Assembly: GCF_009914755.1 (NCBI RefSeq)
Contig: NC_060941.1
Length of the DNA stretch: 64,000 nt
Direction: 5' to 3' (one strand)
Source of the DNA: the human T2T-CHM13v2.0 reference genome, Homo sapiens
Shown here: one piece after another, positions 18,320 to 46,245 of the stretch
How the letters are laid out: the number at the start of each line of letters is the position of its first letter
Numbering within the stretch: position 1 is the stretch's first letter
Notes under the pieces: generated by a model
Told to the model about the DNA's origin: nothing
Seen by the model: the letters and a program-made list of their open reading frames with translations, nothing else
The model's database searches: none
Made by a program: the position numbers and the translations under genes

Positions 18320-19865
18320 CATTCATGTGCCAAATAGCATTATGGTCAATGACAGACCACATATACAATGATGGTCTTATAAGATTTTAATACAGCTGAA
18401 GAATACCTGTTTTAGCACAAAGCACTACTCCTGTGTTTGTGGTGATGCTGGTGTAAAGAAACCTACAGTGCTGCTATTAGAAGTATACCACATACAATTA
18501 TGTACACTAAGAATATAATAGCTGATAATAAAAGCTATGTTACTGTTACACTTATTTCTTATGATAATAAAAAGTGTTATGTATTTACTATACTATACTT
18601 TTAATCGTTATTTTAGAGAGTACTTCTACTCATTAAAAGAAGTGAACTGTGAAACAGCCTCCAGCAGGTCCTTCTGTTGGCACTGTCACAGGCAATGAAA
18701 GCTCCGTGTGTGTTGTTGGCCCTGAAAACCTAACAGTGTAACAAGATGTGAAGGTGGAAGACAGTAATACCGACAAACCTGACCCCATGTGGGCCTACGT
18801 TCATGTGTGTGTTTGTGTCTTAGTTTTTAGCAAAACAGTTTAAAAAATAAAACTTTCATTTTAAAATGGAAAGTTTTAAAGATAGAAAAAAGCTTGTAGA
18901 ATAAGGTGTGAAGAAAATATTTTTGTACAATTACAATGTATTTGTGTTTTAGGCTAAGTGTTATTACAAAAGAGTCAAAAAGTTTTAAAAACTTAAAAGT
19001 TTATAAAGCAAAAAGTTATAGTAAGCTAAGGTTAATTTATTATTGAAAAAAATATTTAAAATAAATGTAGTGTAGCCTCGGTGTACAGTATTTATAAAGT
19101 TTATAGTAGTGTACAGTCATGTCCCAGGCTTTTCAATTTCAGTTACCCTTCACCCACCGACTCACCCAGAGCAACTTCCAGTCCTGCAAGCTCCATTCAT
19201 GGTAAGTGCCCTATACAGGTGTACCATTTTTATCTTTTCTACTACATTTTTACTGTATTTTTTCTATGTTTAGGTATGTTTAAATACATAAATCTTTACC
19301 ACTAATTGCCTACAGTATTCAGTATAGTAGCATGATGTACTGGTTTATACCCTAGGAGCAATAGGCTATATACCATATTGTCTAAGTGAATAGCAGGCCA
19401 TACCACCTCAGCTTGTATGTATTAAGTATGTATATATGTAAGTATGTATGTATGTATGTATATGAGACAGAGACTCGCTCTGCTTTGCCCAGGCTGGAGT
19501 GCAGTGTCGCGATCTCAGCTCACTGCACCCTGTCTCCCAGGTTCAAGTGATTCTCCTGTCTCAGCCTCCCGAGTAGCTGGGATTACAGGCACCCGCCACC
19601 ACACCTGGCTAATTTTTTTGTATTTTTCATAGAGACAGGGGTTTCACCATGTTGGCCAGGCTAGTCTCGAACTCCTCACCTCAGGTGACCCACCCACCTT
19701 GGACTCCCATGCCTCGGCCTCCCAAAGTGCTGAGATTACAGGCGTGAGCCACTGCGCACGGCCCTCAGCTTGAATTTAAGTGCACTTTATGATGTTCACG
19801 CACCAATGAAATCACCTAACAACACATTTCTCAGTTTCCCTTTTGTTAAGCAATGTGTGATGGTA
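18320..19865 (+). mobile_element. Tigger3/Golem-type non-autonomous DNA transposon with inserted Alu
   Basis: 5' end ggtcaatgacagaccacatatacaatgatggtc and 3' end gatgttcac...aaatcacctaacaacacatttctcag match the Tigger3 termini as recalled. Confidence 0.8.
19420..19763 (-). mobile_element. AluS with (TATG)n tail inserted in Tigger3
   Basis: TSD cctcagcttg on both sides. Confidence 0.9.
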
Positions 19866-20411
19866 TATACAAAACTCCAGATTATTTTCCAGATATTTAG
19901 AAATACTTTTCAGATATTTTGATATTTTGAAAGTTTCTGAAAATTGCTCTGTCATTACTTCTGAGTGATGAGCTGAAGAATAAAGCATGAACCAAATGAG
20001 GTGAGTATCTTCTTATACACAGCTAGTGAGACTATAAACTGACACTGCCAAAATACTTCTCTGAAGAATGCATTAAGAACATAAAAGAGCATTCATACCT
20101 TTGACTGAGATAAAGATATTTATCATGGCATATTTAATTTAAATAACAAATGTAACTTAAATAGTCAACAAAGAAAGCCAATAGCATGCAGCCATTAAAA
20201 ATGTTTTCCAAAAACCAACTGGGAAATATTCAGGGCACATACGTAACATGACTGTATTTGAACAAATTACTTATGTGCTAGGAAAATGTACCATAATGTT
20301 GGTAGCGAGATAATTTTGAGCTGTTGGGTTGTTTTTTTTTTTTTGGGGGGGGGGGGAGGGTGGGTGTCTTTTATACTTCTATGTCATTTCAGTTTCCTGA
20401 GAATTGATACA

Positions 20412-20583
20412 CAGTATTTCATCAATTCTAAGAGGTACTCTCCCCACATGTCAACAACTTTTAAATCAAGATGCATTTTACAATTTCTGTTATGCCCTGG
20501 TTTAACTGAAATAATTTCTTTGTCGTACTTAAAACAATGGTACATCTTACAATCAATAGCATCTTAAGTTCTATGAAATGTAG
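20412..20583 (+). mobile_element. Short MER97-like (TcMar-Tigger) element
   Basis: Imperfect terminal inverted repeats cagtatttcatcaattctaag ... cttaagttctatgaaatgtag. Confidence 0.55.
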
Positions 20584-21735
20584 CAGTTTTATAACAAGGA
20601 ACTAAGATGATATAACATATACACATATATAAACCCACATATATATTTATGAATGTATATAAAAAGATGAAGCAGCACTTATGACTACTATTATACTAAT
20701 CTCAGTTGTTACTAAGAGACTCTAGTTCTCAAATATAGAAAATCCCACTTAACTACTGGCTATAAAAACCTAGAAACAGACACTGAAGAGGTGTCTCTGA
20801 TAGAGAAAGACTGTGTTTTTCTCCTCAGTACAGGCATATCCAGTCACCTCCTAGTTATTCTTAGTCATCATTCCAGTTCAAGTTCTACAAATCTCACTTT
20901 AAAATTTCCTTTGTGAAGACTTGGGAAAGCAAAATATGCACCAAATCTAGAATGTTTATTAGTTTTGTTCCAGCTAATTTTTAAATAAGTAAATCAGGAT
21001 TTAATTTGTATGCTACCCTAAGGGAACAAACTAGTAAGAATAAAAAAGTGAGCCCTCTGGACTGTGTCCTCAATTAAAGTATGCTCTATTGAACTTTTAG
21101 GGGGAGGGGGAATATATATATATATATGTATCTCCAATCTGGAAAGAAGCTATAAGTCCGCAGTGACATTTTTAGAATAAAAGTTTAAATGATTAGATAG
21201 CCCACAGAACTTTCACTTCAAACCCTGATCATTCTGTTCATTTTATCAGTTGATCAACCTTCAACTTTTGGCCTACTAATTTAATGGATACTGTTCACAG
21301 GAAAGCCATTTTCTTAAGGCTTTGACTAGTACTAAGGTCAAAAAGGCATTTTGACCCTTATTTTTAGTAGCAATAGACTTTTTCTAGACATGGGTCTACA
21401 TAAAGATAGAGCTCAGCCACACCAAGCTAATATAAAAAATACTTTGCAAGAATGTAAGCTTCATGAAGGTAGGATTTTTGAGAACACTGCTGAGACACAG
21501 TAAGCACTTAAAATAATGGTACATCTTACCATCAGTAGCATCTTAAGTTCTATGAAATGTGGCAGTTTTATAACAGGGAACTAACAAATATAAATCTAAC
21601 AAATATGACAGTTAACATCAATGGCTTGCTTGCATTATTCAGTCTGTTTTCCTTGTTTCCTGTTAGCTCAGATACCCACACAGTTTTGTTCTAAATACAC
21701 GTTCAGTTAAACATTATATTCTAATAGTGTTTTCC

Positions 21736-22411
<676 letters not shown>

Positions 22412-22629
22412 TTAAAGGCCCTTGCAGAGACTAACTCTAGTGTCAAGAAAAACCCAAGAGAGAGACAAGACACCTCCCGCTCATCAGGATGCACATGGAT
22501 ATAAACTTCCAAATAGGTATTTCCCAAATTAAGTGGAACTGCGTTCTAGCATCCTGATCCTGTGGCACACAGTTTCTCTGAAATCCCTTTAATTTCTCTG
22601 GGACAATAAAATTATTGTCCATGCCAAAA

Positions 22630-25290
<2,661 letters not shown>

Positions 25291-26668
25291 ATAATCTACC
25301 ACAAAACTATTTTCCCAGAAAGCAGCAGCAGTCACACAGCCCTCAGCCCCACTTCCCATCAGGATACACACACTCACTGCTAAAACTTATGACTATAGGT
25401 GAACTTGAACACAGTCTCCCATAGGGGCAAAATACAAAATGTCAAAAATAAAAAAGAACAAATCTGACCACGACAGAGTAAGACATGAATTAATACTTAA
25501 TCATACCATAATAATTAAGACCAAGGGTAGTAATGGTATTTTAACTTTTGTATGGACCAAACATAAACCATTCAAACCAACCACTGTGATAATTATCAAT
25601 TATGTCTCTTCTTTTAGAAAGAAAACATTTTACAGTTCCCTAATTTTGATGGAACCACTTCAAGATAAAAAGATACTTTTAAAGTACAGTTATCTGCTTC
25701 AATGTTGGCTGCAGGTCTAGCTCTACCCTAAATCCAGGAAATGATCTCAGGAGATCAATAAGAAACTAGGGATCATTCTTGAACAACAAAAATGCCCCCT
25801 ACCCACAAAGAGACAAAACTAGTTAACCCTCGTATTTTATTCCCACCTTTCCTTACTTTTCAAGGCTTACCACCTTTCTATCCTGCAAAATCTTTTGGAT
25901 TTATAGATTCCTTTCATTCCTAAAACTACCACCACACCAGGTCCCCATCTATCACCACTGGGCAACCCCAACAGCCTCCTTAGCTGCTCTTCCCAACACC
26001 AGTCAATCATACTACTTTTCCTCAATCAACTCCCCTCACACCTTTTTCATCCTGGCATTCTAATGTTTAAGGAACCATGCAGCTCCTTTGAAAATACAAA
26101 AGGAAAAGAAAATTACTTAAAACATTTTAGTTCGCAAGAACTTTGATAAATACACTTTTTCTTGGATATTAATGAAGGTCTTATGTCCCCTACACAGGTA
26201 TTTACCTAAATAACAATACAAAGCGAGCCTCCTGATAATATGTTTTGGATAATATGGTTAATAAACTAATTAAAGAAAGGCAAGACAGCACTAAGGAATA
26301 CTAACAATTCCCAATTTATGAACAAGTTTCATTTTACAAGTGTATCTGTGATGTGATGGTTTAGAACTCGAAGTGATTTCCAGGAGAAAGTTGTTACAAC
26401 ATTATTCTTCCATAATGCTGCTCAAACTCTCATCATCTCCAATGAAAAATGGAAAACCACAACTCAAGCGTCCAAGAAGTATCTTGTGTTCAAAATACCA
26501 GCAATATGAGCAGAAAGCTAAACTGTTATTAAGCATGAGAGGTGTACAGTTAACAAGTCTGGATAAGATATGAAGATGTTACCATACTCCAGTGGCAGAG
26601 CAGAGCACCACTAAACAGTAACACAAGAATAAGAGCTTCACATCTTTTGTTCCTTAACAAATACAAGC

Positions 26669-27000
<332 letters not shown>

Positions 27001-27878
27001 TCAGCTTATCAGAGGTAAAGATAGACTTCCTCCTCAATATTCGAAGTGTAAATTTATCACTCTGACAATTTACAGCTCAAAACAAGGGACACACATTGAA
27101 CATTAGGGACATGTTTAATGTTATACCATACAGACTTCAGGAAAGAACACAGGACTAAGGTTGCAGAATAATACTTTAAATACAATGAGGACTTGGTTTC
27201 TAATATAGTCATTATCAATAATGAAGAAAATCACGTGGATTCTAACACTGATGAGTCAACTCATTCCTGATGCTTGTTTCTGTGCTATTAGTGAAATAAC
27301 TGTTTTAACTATGTGCCTGAGTAGGACACTAGAATGCCTTAGAACGTTTGATTTTACCGTGTGCTTTATCCTAGTCCATACAAAAACATGTACTATATAT
27401 ACTGTAGTTATCACCTGAGTGGGAATTCTTTTCAACTCGTATTTTGCTCATTGCTTTTATAAACTTTTTATTGGTAAAAATGGCTTTGTCACCATGTGCT
27501 ATACAAAAATTCATTAAAATGTTACATGATGAATTACTTTTTGGTTACCTAAATGCAGTATCAATATTTGCTTTTGTGACACCACATGAATAGTACACCT
27601 TAATGTTAACCAGCTATGTGCTAGTATTGGTTTACATAAGAAATATTTGTTGTATATAAATATTTCATTAGCTATGAACTTGTACTTTAATCGTTCTTTT
27701 TACACAGTTAGACTATTACCACAGAGAATTGAGAATGCTCTGTTGACTCTAAGAACATAGATCTTTCCTGTGTTTGTTTCACACTGCTTTTGAGCTAGGT
27801 AGTGAGTACCTGTGAATGGTTTTTTGTTGTTTTCTTCATGTGACTCAACAATTTTAAGACTTCTCATTGGTGAAATCT

Positions 27879-30175
<2,297 letters not shown>

Positions 30176-31326
30176 CCAGAGCCAATTCTACCTAAACTGC
30201 CAATTCATCCTGACAGACCCTTGAAATTGAACACAGCACTTTTGTCTTACTACTTCAACTAGATTACCTCTAATATTTAAATGAAATTTGTGTAGTTTTG
30301 GTAGTTTATTTCAGCCAAGCATTTAGCCCACCATGAACTCACTCTATCCTTCTTCCTTCCATTTAACAAATATTTAAGCAACTATTAGTTACCAAGAATT
30401 AGACTAGGTTAGGGATGCAAAAACAAGAACTGTGGCTAAAGTTTACAATTTAATGGGGCAGATAGATGTTAATAATCAAATAATCATATAAAATATACGA
30501 TAAGAGATCCTAACTATGTCAGATTTAGACTGGGGGATCTAGAAAGACTTGTGATATAAATATTTAAACAGACCTCCAAAGCATAAAATAGGACTTGGAT
30601 GCACAAACTGGTAGGGCTTGGGGATGTGGAGCAGAAGACATTAGGTGGAACTGTGGTGTGTCACAAAGAAACGACATGTATACAATGGTTATGTGGTTAG
30701 AACTCCAACAGTGAACAACGAAAAGAATTCATTCAACTTGACAATGGATACAGGTAGGCAGGGCCAGGTCACACAGAACCTGGCAATCCATGTTAATCTT
30801 ATAAAACAATATAAGCAATCCTCATCTTTCCTCATGCTCTTTTATTTATCTCAGACCCTGTTTGAATGAAAATTTACAAATACAAGCTAAAAGATAATAA
30901 ACTCCCACAAAACCATCAACCAATTTCAACTATCAACTTTTGGCGAATCCTACCTCATCTATAACATCTATCTCCCATCCCTATGAATTATTTTTAAGCC
31001 AATTCCCAACATCACATCATCACCTCTAAATATTTCGGTATGTTTCCAAAATGTAAGGTCTTTTAAGAATATATACCAGTATATTTTATAATCTAAAAAA
31101 CAATAATTCCTTAATGTTAAATATCCAGTTACTGGTTAAATTTCCTGGATTGTCTCAGTTTTCTCCAAATCAGAGTCAAATAAGATCCACACAATTCATT
31201 TACTTAATACATCACAAGCTCGTAACACGCTCCTCCTCATTTTCTTTCCTCACAATCTGTGGAAGAGACAGCACTATCTGTCCTTTAGAATTTCCTCCAT
31301 TGTGGATTTTACTGACTGTGCCTTTA

Positions 31327-34311
<2,985 letters not shown>

Positions 34312-34869
34312 TAGTCCTTAAAGACACTGAGGTTTAGCAACAGAACCCATCTTCAAGAAAATGAGTTGAACCAAAAATTAATTTGTTAATAAACTTACCA
34401 GTTCTTAAAAATAAATGTGGTAAAAAGGAACAAAACAAACAAAAAAGTGAATAAATAGAAGAAACCCTGGTACAGGCAAGGTGGTGTAGACTCTATTCTT
34501 TCTCCCAGCTCATCCCTGTTCTAAGCACAATTATAAATCCTGCAAATAACACAAGAGGCAATCAAAGGAAAACTCTGAAAGATAGAAAAGGGAAGGCAAA
34601 CTAGTTAAAGGCCCCAGGACTAAAGGAACAACACAGTGACAAAAGCATCTAATAAACATTATCCAACCGAAAGAAGGTAACCCAAGTTTGGCATTTCCTG
34701 GCTTCCAAGAGAGCAACAAAGAGCATCTCAGACAGGCTCATTCCCTGCCTCCATATAAGGGAAGTATTTCCTTCAATACCAGGGAAGCACTGCAGCAACA
34801 GCAAGGGGGATGGATCAGGAGGTCTGCTAATAATAGGAAGCCAGAGGAAACGTTATTGCCCCATTTCTC

Positions 34870-36250
34870 TATTTCTTTTTACGGCAAATACTCATTATTC
34901 TAATTTGTCTCTTCTCACTGTTTCTTTAACACAGGGTTTCAACCCACTATTGCACCAAAGCTGCTGGTCAAGGTCACCAATGACCTCCACTGTACTAAAT
35001 CCAATTTCCACATTTCAGTCCTTACCACCCTTGATCCATCACCAGTATCCAACAAAGGTGAGTACTCCCTCCTTCAAATACTTTCTCCACTTCTCTTTCA
35101 AGACATACTAACCTGGCTTTTCTATTGTCTTTTTGAATTCCTTGTAAGACTGCATATGCGAAATCACTAAATCTTCTTTCCTATACTTCCTTTCTAGGTG
35201 ATCTTACCCAAACTCATGGCTTTAAGTATCCAACTATGTTTCTGACTCCCAAATTCCTACCTCGAGCTGAAATCGCTCCCCTCAACTCCAGATTCCTGTT
35301 TCTACCTGCCTACTCAACACTTCTATTTGAATGTCTAAAAAGTGTCTCAAACTTTACATGATCAAAATGAAGTTGATACTTTCCCCTCCCCAACTCCTAT
35401 ATGCCATCCCAAACCTGCTTCAACTAGATGGATCTGTTCAGGTCAAAAACCTCCATGTAATCCTTAATTTCAACCCCCCACCACCTCTATCTCTCTCATA
35501 AACACACTCAATTGGCAAATCTTATTGGCACTGTCTTCAAATATATCCAGTATTCAGCCACTTCTTGCCACTTCATTGTTAGTACTTTGGTTGAATCTTT
35601 CTAGATGAGTCCAAGAGCCTCTAAATGGGCTTCTAGCTCTCACCCTTGACCACTTTCAGGATATTATCATGAACATAGCAGCCAGCCTAATATTGTATAA
35701 AAGGATAAGTTCTATCATGTCACTCCTCTACCCAAAACCTAGCCTAGTTGTTTACCATCTCTAAAAACCCAAGTCCTGACAACGACCCTGTAAGGCCTCA
35801 AACAGAGAGCCTCTATCACCCAATCCCTGCTACCTCTCTGGCCTCATCTCCTGTTCTCCTCCTGGCTCATTCCATTCCAGTCACTGCTGTTTGCTGAACA
35901 TGTTAGGCAAGCTGTCACCCACAGGACCTTTTATTTGCTATTCCTAAAGCAGATATCCTCACTTTCTTCAGGTCATTTCCTTACATGACACTTTATTAAG
36001 GCTTTCCCTTAACTGTCCTATAAAATTGCAACCCCTCTCCAAATACCCCCTACACACCTTTCTTTCCCGCTTCCTGGCTTTATTAATAGAACCTTCATGA
36101 AAATTATTTTTAATTATCTATCTTTCTTACTGTCTGTTTCCCCCACTAGAATCATATCCGGAAAACAGAGATTTTTGTCTTGTTCACCATAATATCTCTG
36201 GGTGCTTGGAACAATGCCTAGCAAATGGCAGGTACTCAAATATTTGTTCA
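34870..36250 (+). mobile_element. L2a 3' fragment
   Basis: caaggtcaccaatgacctcca, cctcaactccaga, tcatgtcactcctct and the L2 3' end gcctagcaaatggcaggtactcaaatatttgtt. Confidence 0.85.
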
Positions 36251-36559
36251 AAGGGAAGGAAGGAAGCAGGAAGAGAGAGGGAATGAGGGTAACAGGCTGG
36301 AACTATGATCCTAACTTTTCCTTACAAAAGATTAAAACCAAAGTAATTCCAGACTGAAGCTAACCCCTTTTCTCATCTGGTGCCAACAGACCTCATAAAA
36401 CTAACTCTGGCCTCCTCATAAAACTAACTCTGGCCTCTAATGCTGAAAGCGAGTCAAGCAATTATAGTCCACACTCTTAGTCCAAGTATACACAAACCAG
36501 GGAAAATAAAGCTATATTACAAAGTGAAAACTACTAACAAGATATTTGAGAGCTCTTCT

Positions 36560-36908
<349 letters not shown>

Positions 36909-37929
36909 TAAAAACGTTTCCGCTTTTACACATGGTAAAATACAAAATTCTCACATCTCAATTTCTATGCTTTTGCAAACCACTTACTAACAGAATCGTG
37001 AATTATATGATACGTGTAAGATAGTTAAGTTTTATTGGCAGATTTCGATTCTGCCACATCAAATTGAAAAATATTCTGTCATGTTCATCATTATATATTA
37101 TATAAATTTGCCTCCCTCAAAAACCACACCCCCACCAAAAAAAAACCCTTAAGAAATAATTTTTAATGACATAGACCTCAAAGGTTGAGCTAGTTTTCAG
37201 TTAAAGAATGACTGAGGGCACAAAGGTGGACATTTTTACCATCCTAAAAATTGGAAGATATCACTCCCAGGGTGGCTGTGTGATTTCAATGACATAACAT
37301 TTTTAAAGTCTAGCATTCCATTATAAGTGCTCAGTAAATGGGAAGTTGCTGCTGCTCTTACAAGCTTCTGACTACCATACCTGGTTGAACTAACTCAGTT
37401 ACCACAAGGTACTCTATGCCCTTACATCTAATGACAAATATTTGTTTTGAAAAACGTATACTCCTTAAACACACTTGAGAAACAGGAACCAGAGACCCAA
37501 GTACATTTTGTTCTGAATCAAATTCCAGCATGCACAGCAAAGTGCATGTAGAGGGGTGAGAGGGTGACTAGGGAGACTGCTTCAATGGGAGATTATTCTG
37601 CAGTAGTGCCTTAACTGTAGAACAGTGATGATGATAAACTCATCCTAAATTTAGGACTACTGACAGGAACAAGTGACCACAGTAACTGTTCATCTTAAGT
37701 CGTAAAAAGCTTTCTGGCAATACTCATCTTCAAAAAAACCTAGCATGTAGGAAAAATCTTTTATGTGTTTGAATAAGGGTAATATAGTTAAAGCTAAAGG
37801 CTTAGATTTTTAACTGGTCTAATGAGAGAAAGCACAGTAGTCATATAATAAGAAGGTTTATGTTTTACTTCATTTTACTAGTGTTTCCTCATGAGAATTA
37901 AGTAACAGAAATTATAGGAATCACAAATG

Positions 37930-38130
37930 AAGTGCTTACTCCATGCAAAACACTGGTCTGGCACATTACAGATATTAATTCACGAAATCCTCATTAAAAC
38001 CCTGTCAAGTGGGTATTATGATCATCACTGCCCCATTTTTATAATAAGGAAACTAAGACAATAAGGCTAAGTAACTTGTCTAAGGTCACACCACTAACAA
38101 GCAGAGCCAAGACTTGACATAGGTGCTCTG
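37930..38130 (-). mobile_element. MIR
   Basis: ccccattttt...aggaaactaagac...aagtaacttgtctaaggtcacac. Confidence 0.7.
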
Positions 38131-38822
38131 GGCCAGAGTTTTTGTTAACAGTTGGAATATACAAATTTACAAGTATTACTGCCAAATCAATTTTCTCAAA
38201 AATAAGTCAAAGTGGAGGAAGGGGGGAGATGACCCTCTGAATTCACTAAGGTTCTGTGAAAAGATGCTGAAACAAATAAAAAGAGTATTTGATTGTCAAA
38301 TATATGCTATTTAGAAATACTAATGGAAAAGAATACTGTGGGCAAGAAAAGAATCACAAGTATTTGTGCTGAGTTCTGAAAGGAGAGAAATAAGGTTGGG
38401 GTGGGAGGTGGGGAAAGCAGGTCAAGCATGGAATAGAGCATGAATAAAAATGCACAGTCAGAAAAGTAAAAAGCTATGTCCTAGATACAAAGCAGTAGTA
38501 ATAGGTAGAAATAGTATTACAAAAACAGCAGTGTCACTAGGTATCAGGCACTCAATGCATAACTAAAGAGAACATAAAAATAATTAAAACTATAGTGAAA
38601 CAAATAACAAGAACATGTCATATTCCTGGTTGTGATAACTACCTATCATAATTGTAGTTTTTTTCCCTTAAATTATTAAGTTGGAGCAGTTATTTTACGT
38701 CTGATGCATTTCTTAAGCGGTTTTAAAGAAGGGCATAGAATATGTGATGATAAATTTGACACAATAATTTGAGTTCATGTGAATGAGTGTTCAAACATTG
38801 CCAAGAAAACACTGAAAGATAA

Positions 38823-40830
<2,008 letters not shown>

Positions 40831-41677
40831 GTATATGAACCACTGATAAGAATAAAATCTTAGCTTTCCAAGGTCAATCTTGCCTTTTAGCCCCATCATG
40901 GCCCCACGTGTTTGCAGGTTCTTTGGCTAAGCCACCAAATAGCTGTTATGGTCTGTTAACAATCAAATGAATGGCAAGGGAGAAGTTTAAGCCATGACCC
41001 AGCATTTAAAAAATAATGGAAAAGAATACAACAGAAAACTAAGAGTATGCAGCATGCAGAGTATGTGGGGAAAGTAATTTTTGTTAAAGTTAGGCATATG
41101 CAAGCCTTTGTGTCTCTCAAATTTACCTGTAGGTATAAGTGGGGCAAACTGTTTATCGCACGGTAGATCATGCTCAAAGAAAGTCATTCAAGATACTCCT
41201 CAGTTCTCTCATCCAAAAAACTCATGAGTTGGACTAAAAAAAAAACAAAAAAACCTACGAGGCACTTTCTTTATAAAATGTTAATGAATTTATGATCATC
41301 TGCATGAAGTCTACCCTGTATGTACAGATGTAACCTACATGGGAGGGGGTACAGTCCTTATAGGTAGACACCTGAAAGGCTCAATTCATTTCAGATGTTT
41401 CAAGAAAATTCCTTAGTCAATAACATTCACATAGACTTTGTAAGATCTTGATTAAGCCATGAGGCCAAATCTAAATCTAAATCACCCACTCAGAAAGTGC
41501 CAAAAACCTTAAAACCAAAAGAAACATTAGAGATTATCTATCTCTAAGCATCTCAATTTTTAAATGAGTAAAATGAGCCCAAAATGGGGCCCAAAGGATT
41601 AAATGATTTGCCCAGAGTCATAAGCCAAGTCAGACTGTCAAACCGTTAAAGCAAACTGATAAGAAAAAGATGCTCAG

Positions 41678-44155
<2,478 letters not shown>

Positions 44156-44624
44156 CATTATTAAACTATAATAATGTTTTCTATCAAGACACAAAATATT
44201 AAAAGTAGATCAGGAAGGAATAATAAGTCAATTCATTATCAACCTTGTGACTCTTCTGTCCAGCCTCTTCCAGAGGTTCCCTTTACTTTTAAGTGCAATG
44301 CAATCTTTAACCTTAACTCTAAAAACTCATTTAGAGTCCTCCAATTTCTTATCAGTTTTCCAATACAGCTCAAGAACTTTTCCATCAGTGAATAAAAGTT
44401 GCATTACTTTTCCCTTTCACAGCTTGTTGGCAGGGAATTATTTTAAATGTACAACAAAAATCTATAAATCTGTAGCTTCCAAAAGAGTGTTTGAAAATAT
44501 ATTTTAAATGGCAAAATAATCTCAGTAATCAACAGTAATACTGAAGTAATGTTTGAAAATTACATTTTTAGAAAGTATAAAGTTACATTTATTACAAGTG
44601 AAGAAAAAAATTTTTATGAGGGAA

Positions 44625-44960
44625 TGTTTTTAAAAAGGGTTACAAATTCTTTGACACTTCTCCCAATGAGAGGCAGATTTCTGTCAATTCCCCCTCAAAT
44701 CTGAGGGAGCTTGTGACCACTTTGGTCAACAGAATATGGTGGATGTGGTACTAGATGACTTTCCAGGACAGGTTATAAATGGGTATGCAGCTTCAACTGA
44801 GCACAGAGACTTCATGTTAAGAGATATTATAACCCTGAGAATTCCATGCTGAACAGCCATGTGCACACAGTACTTGACGAAGCAACCCAGCCAAGCAAAG
44901 CTTTCTAGCCATTCCTTAAAAGCTGCCAGACTTATGGGTGAAGAAACTATCTCACAAATT
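44625..44960 (+). mobile_element. MLT1G/H-like LTR fragment
   Basis: acaaattctttgacacttctccca...gcttgtgaccactttggtcaacagaatatggtgga, motifs typical of older MLT1 elements. Confidence 0.6.
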
Positions 44961-45779
44961 TGTGTATGGACTCTCCTTCCAGTAACGTAAATTCCAAGAG
45001 AGTAGGAATTCGTCTTTGTTTTATTCACTGATGTATCCACACCATTTTAATAGTTTCCTTTTATGTATGCAGTAAGCATTCAATAAAGGTCTGTTAAATA
45101 GATATTAGTGATGGTGGCAGTGGCAGGTGGAGAAGGGGATATCCTATTCATGAATAGTTCACAGCAGTAACCATGTGCATGCCTCGCAAAGCAGCCAAAG
45201 ATTTTCAGAGAGTCTATCTAATTCCAATGAAAAGCCCAGGCTTTTAAAACGGTATTTTACAAAGACTGATGGATCTGACTAAAGAAATTTAAAACTTCTA
45301 TCATTCAAAAACCATAAAAATTAAAACATAAATAAATAAAAAGCTAGGGAAAACAATTTGCATTTTAATTATGCTTTTAAAATGCAAAAAAACCCTTTCA
45401 AATAACTCAAAAAGACACAAAGATTTACAGATTTCTTTATATAAAAAAGTGACAAATAAATACAAAAGAAATACACTACTAAATCAACCAAATAAAATAA
45501 TCCAAGAATGTCTTTTTTGTTTATTAAATTGGAAATTCTTTAAAAACTACTATCTGTTAGGCTTCAGAACACTGCTGACAAAACAGCAGTTTCATTCTGG
45601 AGAACATAACATTTCTCAAAAGCCTTAAAACTGTCATTATCCCATGACCACTCCCCACTACCCCTACCCCAGAAAAAGTCCACATCTAGAAATTTAACCT
45701 AAGGTAATAATCTGTGATATGAAGCAAGCTTTACACACAATGTTTTTAAACTCTTAGATAAAAGAGCACTAACTGAGGG

Positions 45780-46245
45780 TCATGTTCCCGACGTTAGTTT
45801 TATTTGCTTGTAGTTGGGTTTTCTTTGGCCTTCACAAGTGTGTCAAAAAAAATTCAGTAAGTTGCCAGCATTTTAAAATCTATTGCACACAAACACAAGA
45901 TCTGCCAGCACTGGGTCTGCAAGCCTCTTAATGACTATTAGCTAAACAGTAGCCAATCCCTTCAGATGTGGCACATGATACACAGTTCAAAATCATCCCT
46001 AATCTGAAAGCTTGGTTCATTTACATTAGATGCTTTATCTTCTAAAGTTATCTCAGTTGGAAGCCCTACACTAGAGATCAAACTTTAAGCATGCAGGGCT
46101 TGCTAAACGCTGATTGGTGGGCCCCACCCCCAGAGTTTCCGACTCAGGACATCTGAAATGGGGTCCCAGAATTTACATTTCTAGCAGATTTCTAGGTGAT
46201 GGTCCAAAGACTACACTTTGATGGTCTAGAGACCACATTTTGATG
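45780..46245. mobile_element. MER102-like fragment followed by MER5A (hAT-Charlie)
   Basis: gttgccagcattttaaaatc...agatctgccagcactggg, then gggccccacccccagagtttccgactcag...ctagagaccacatttga. Confidence 0.55.
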
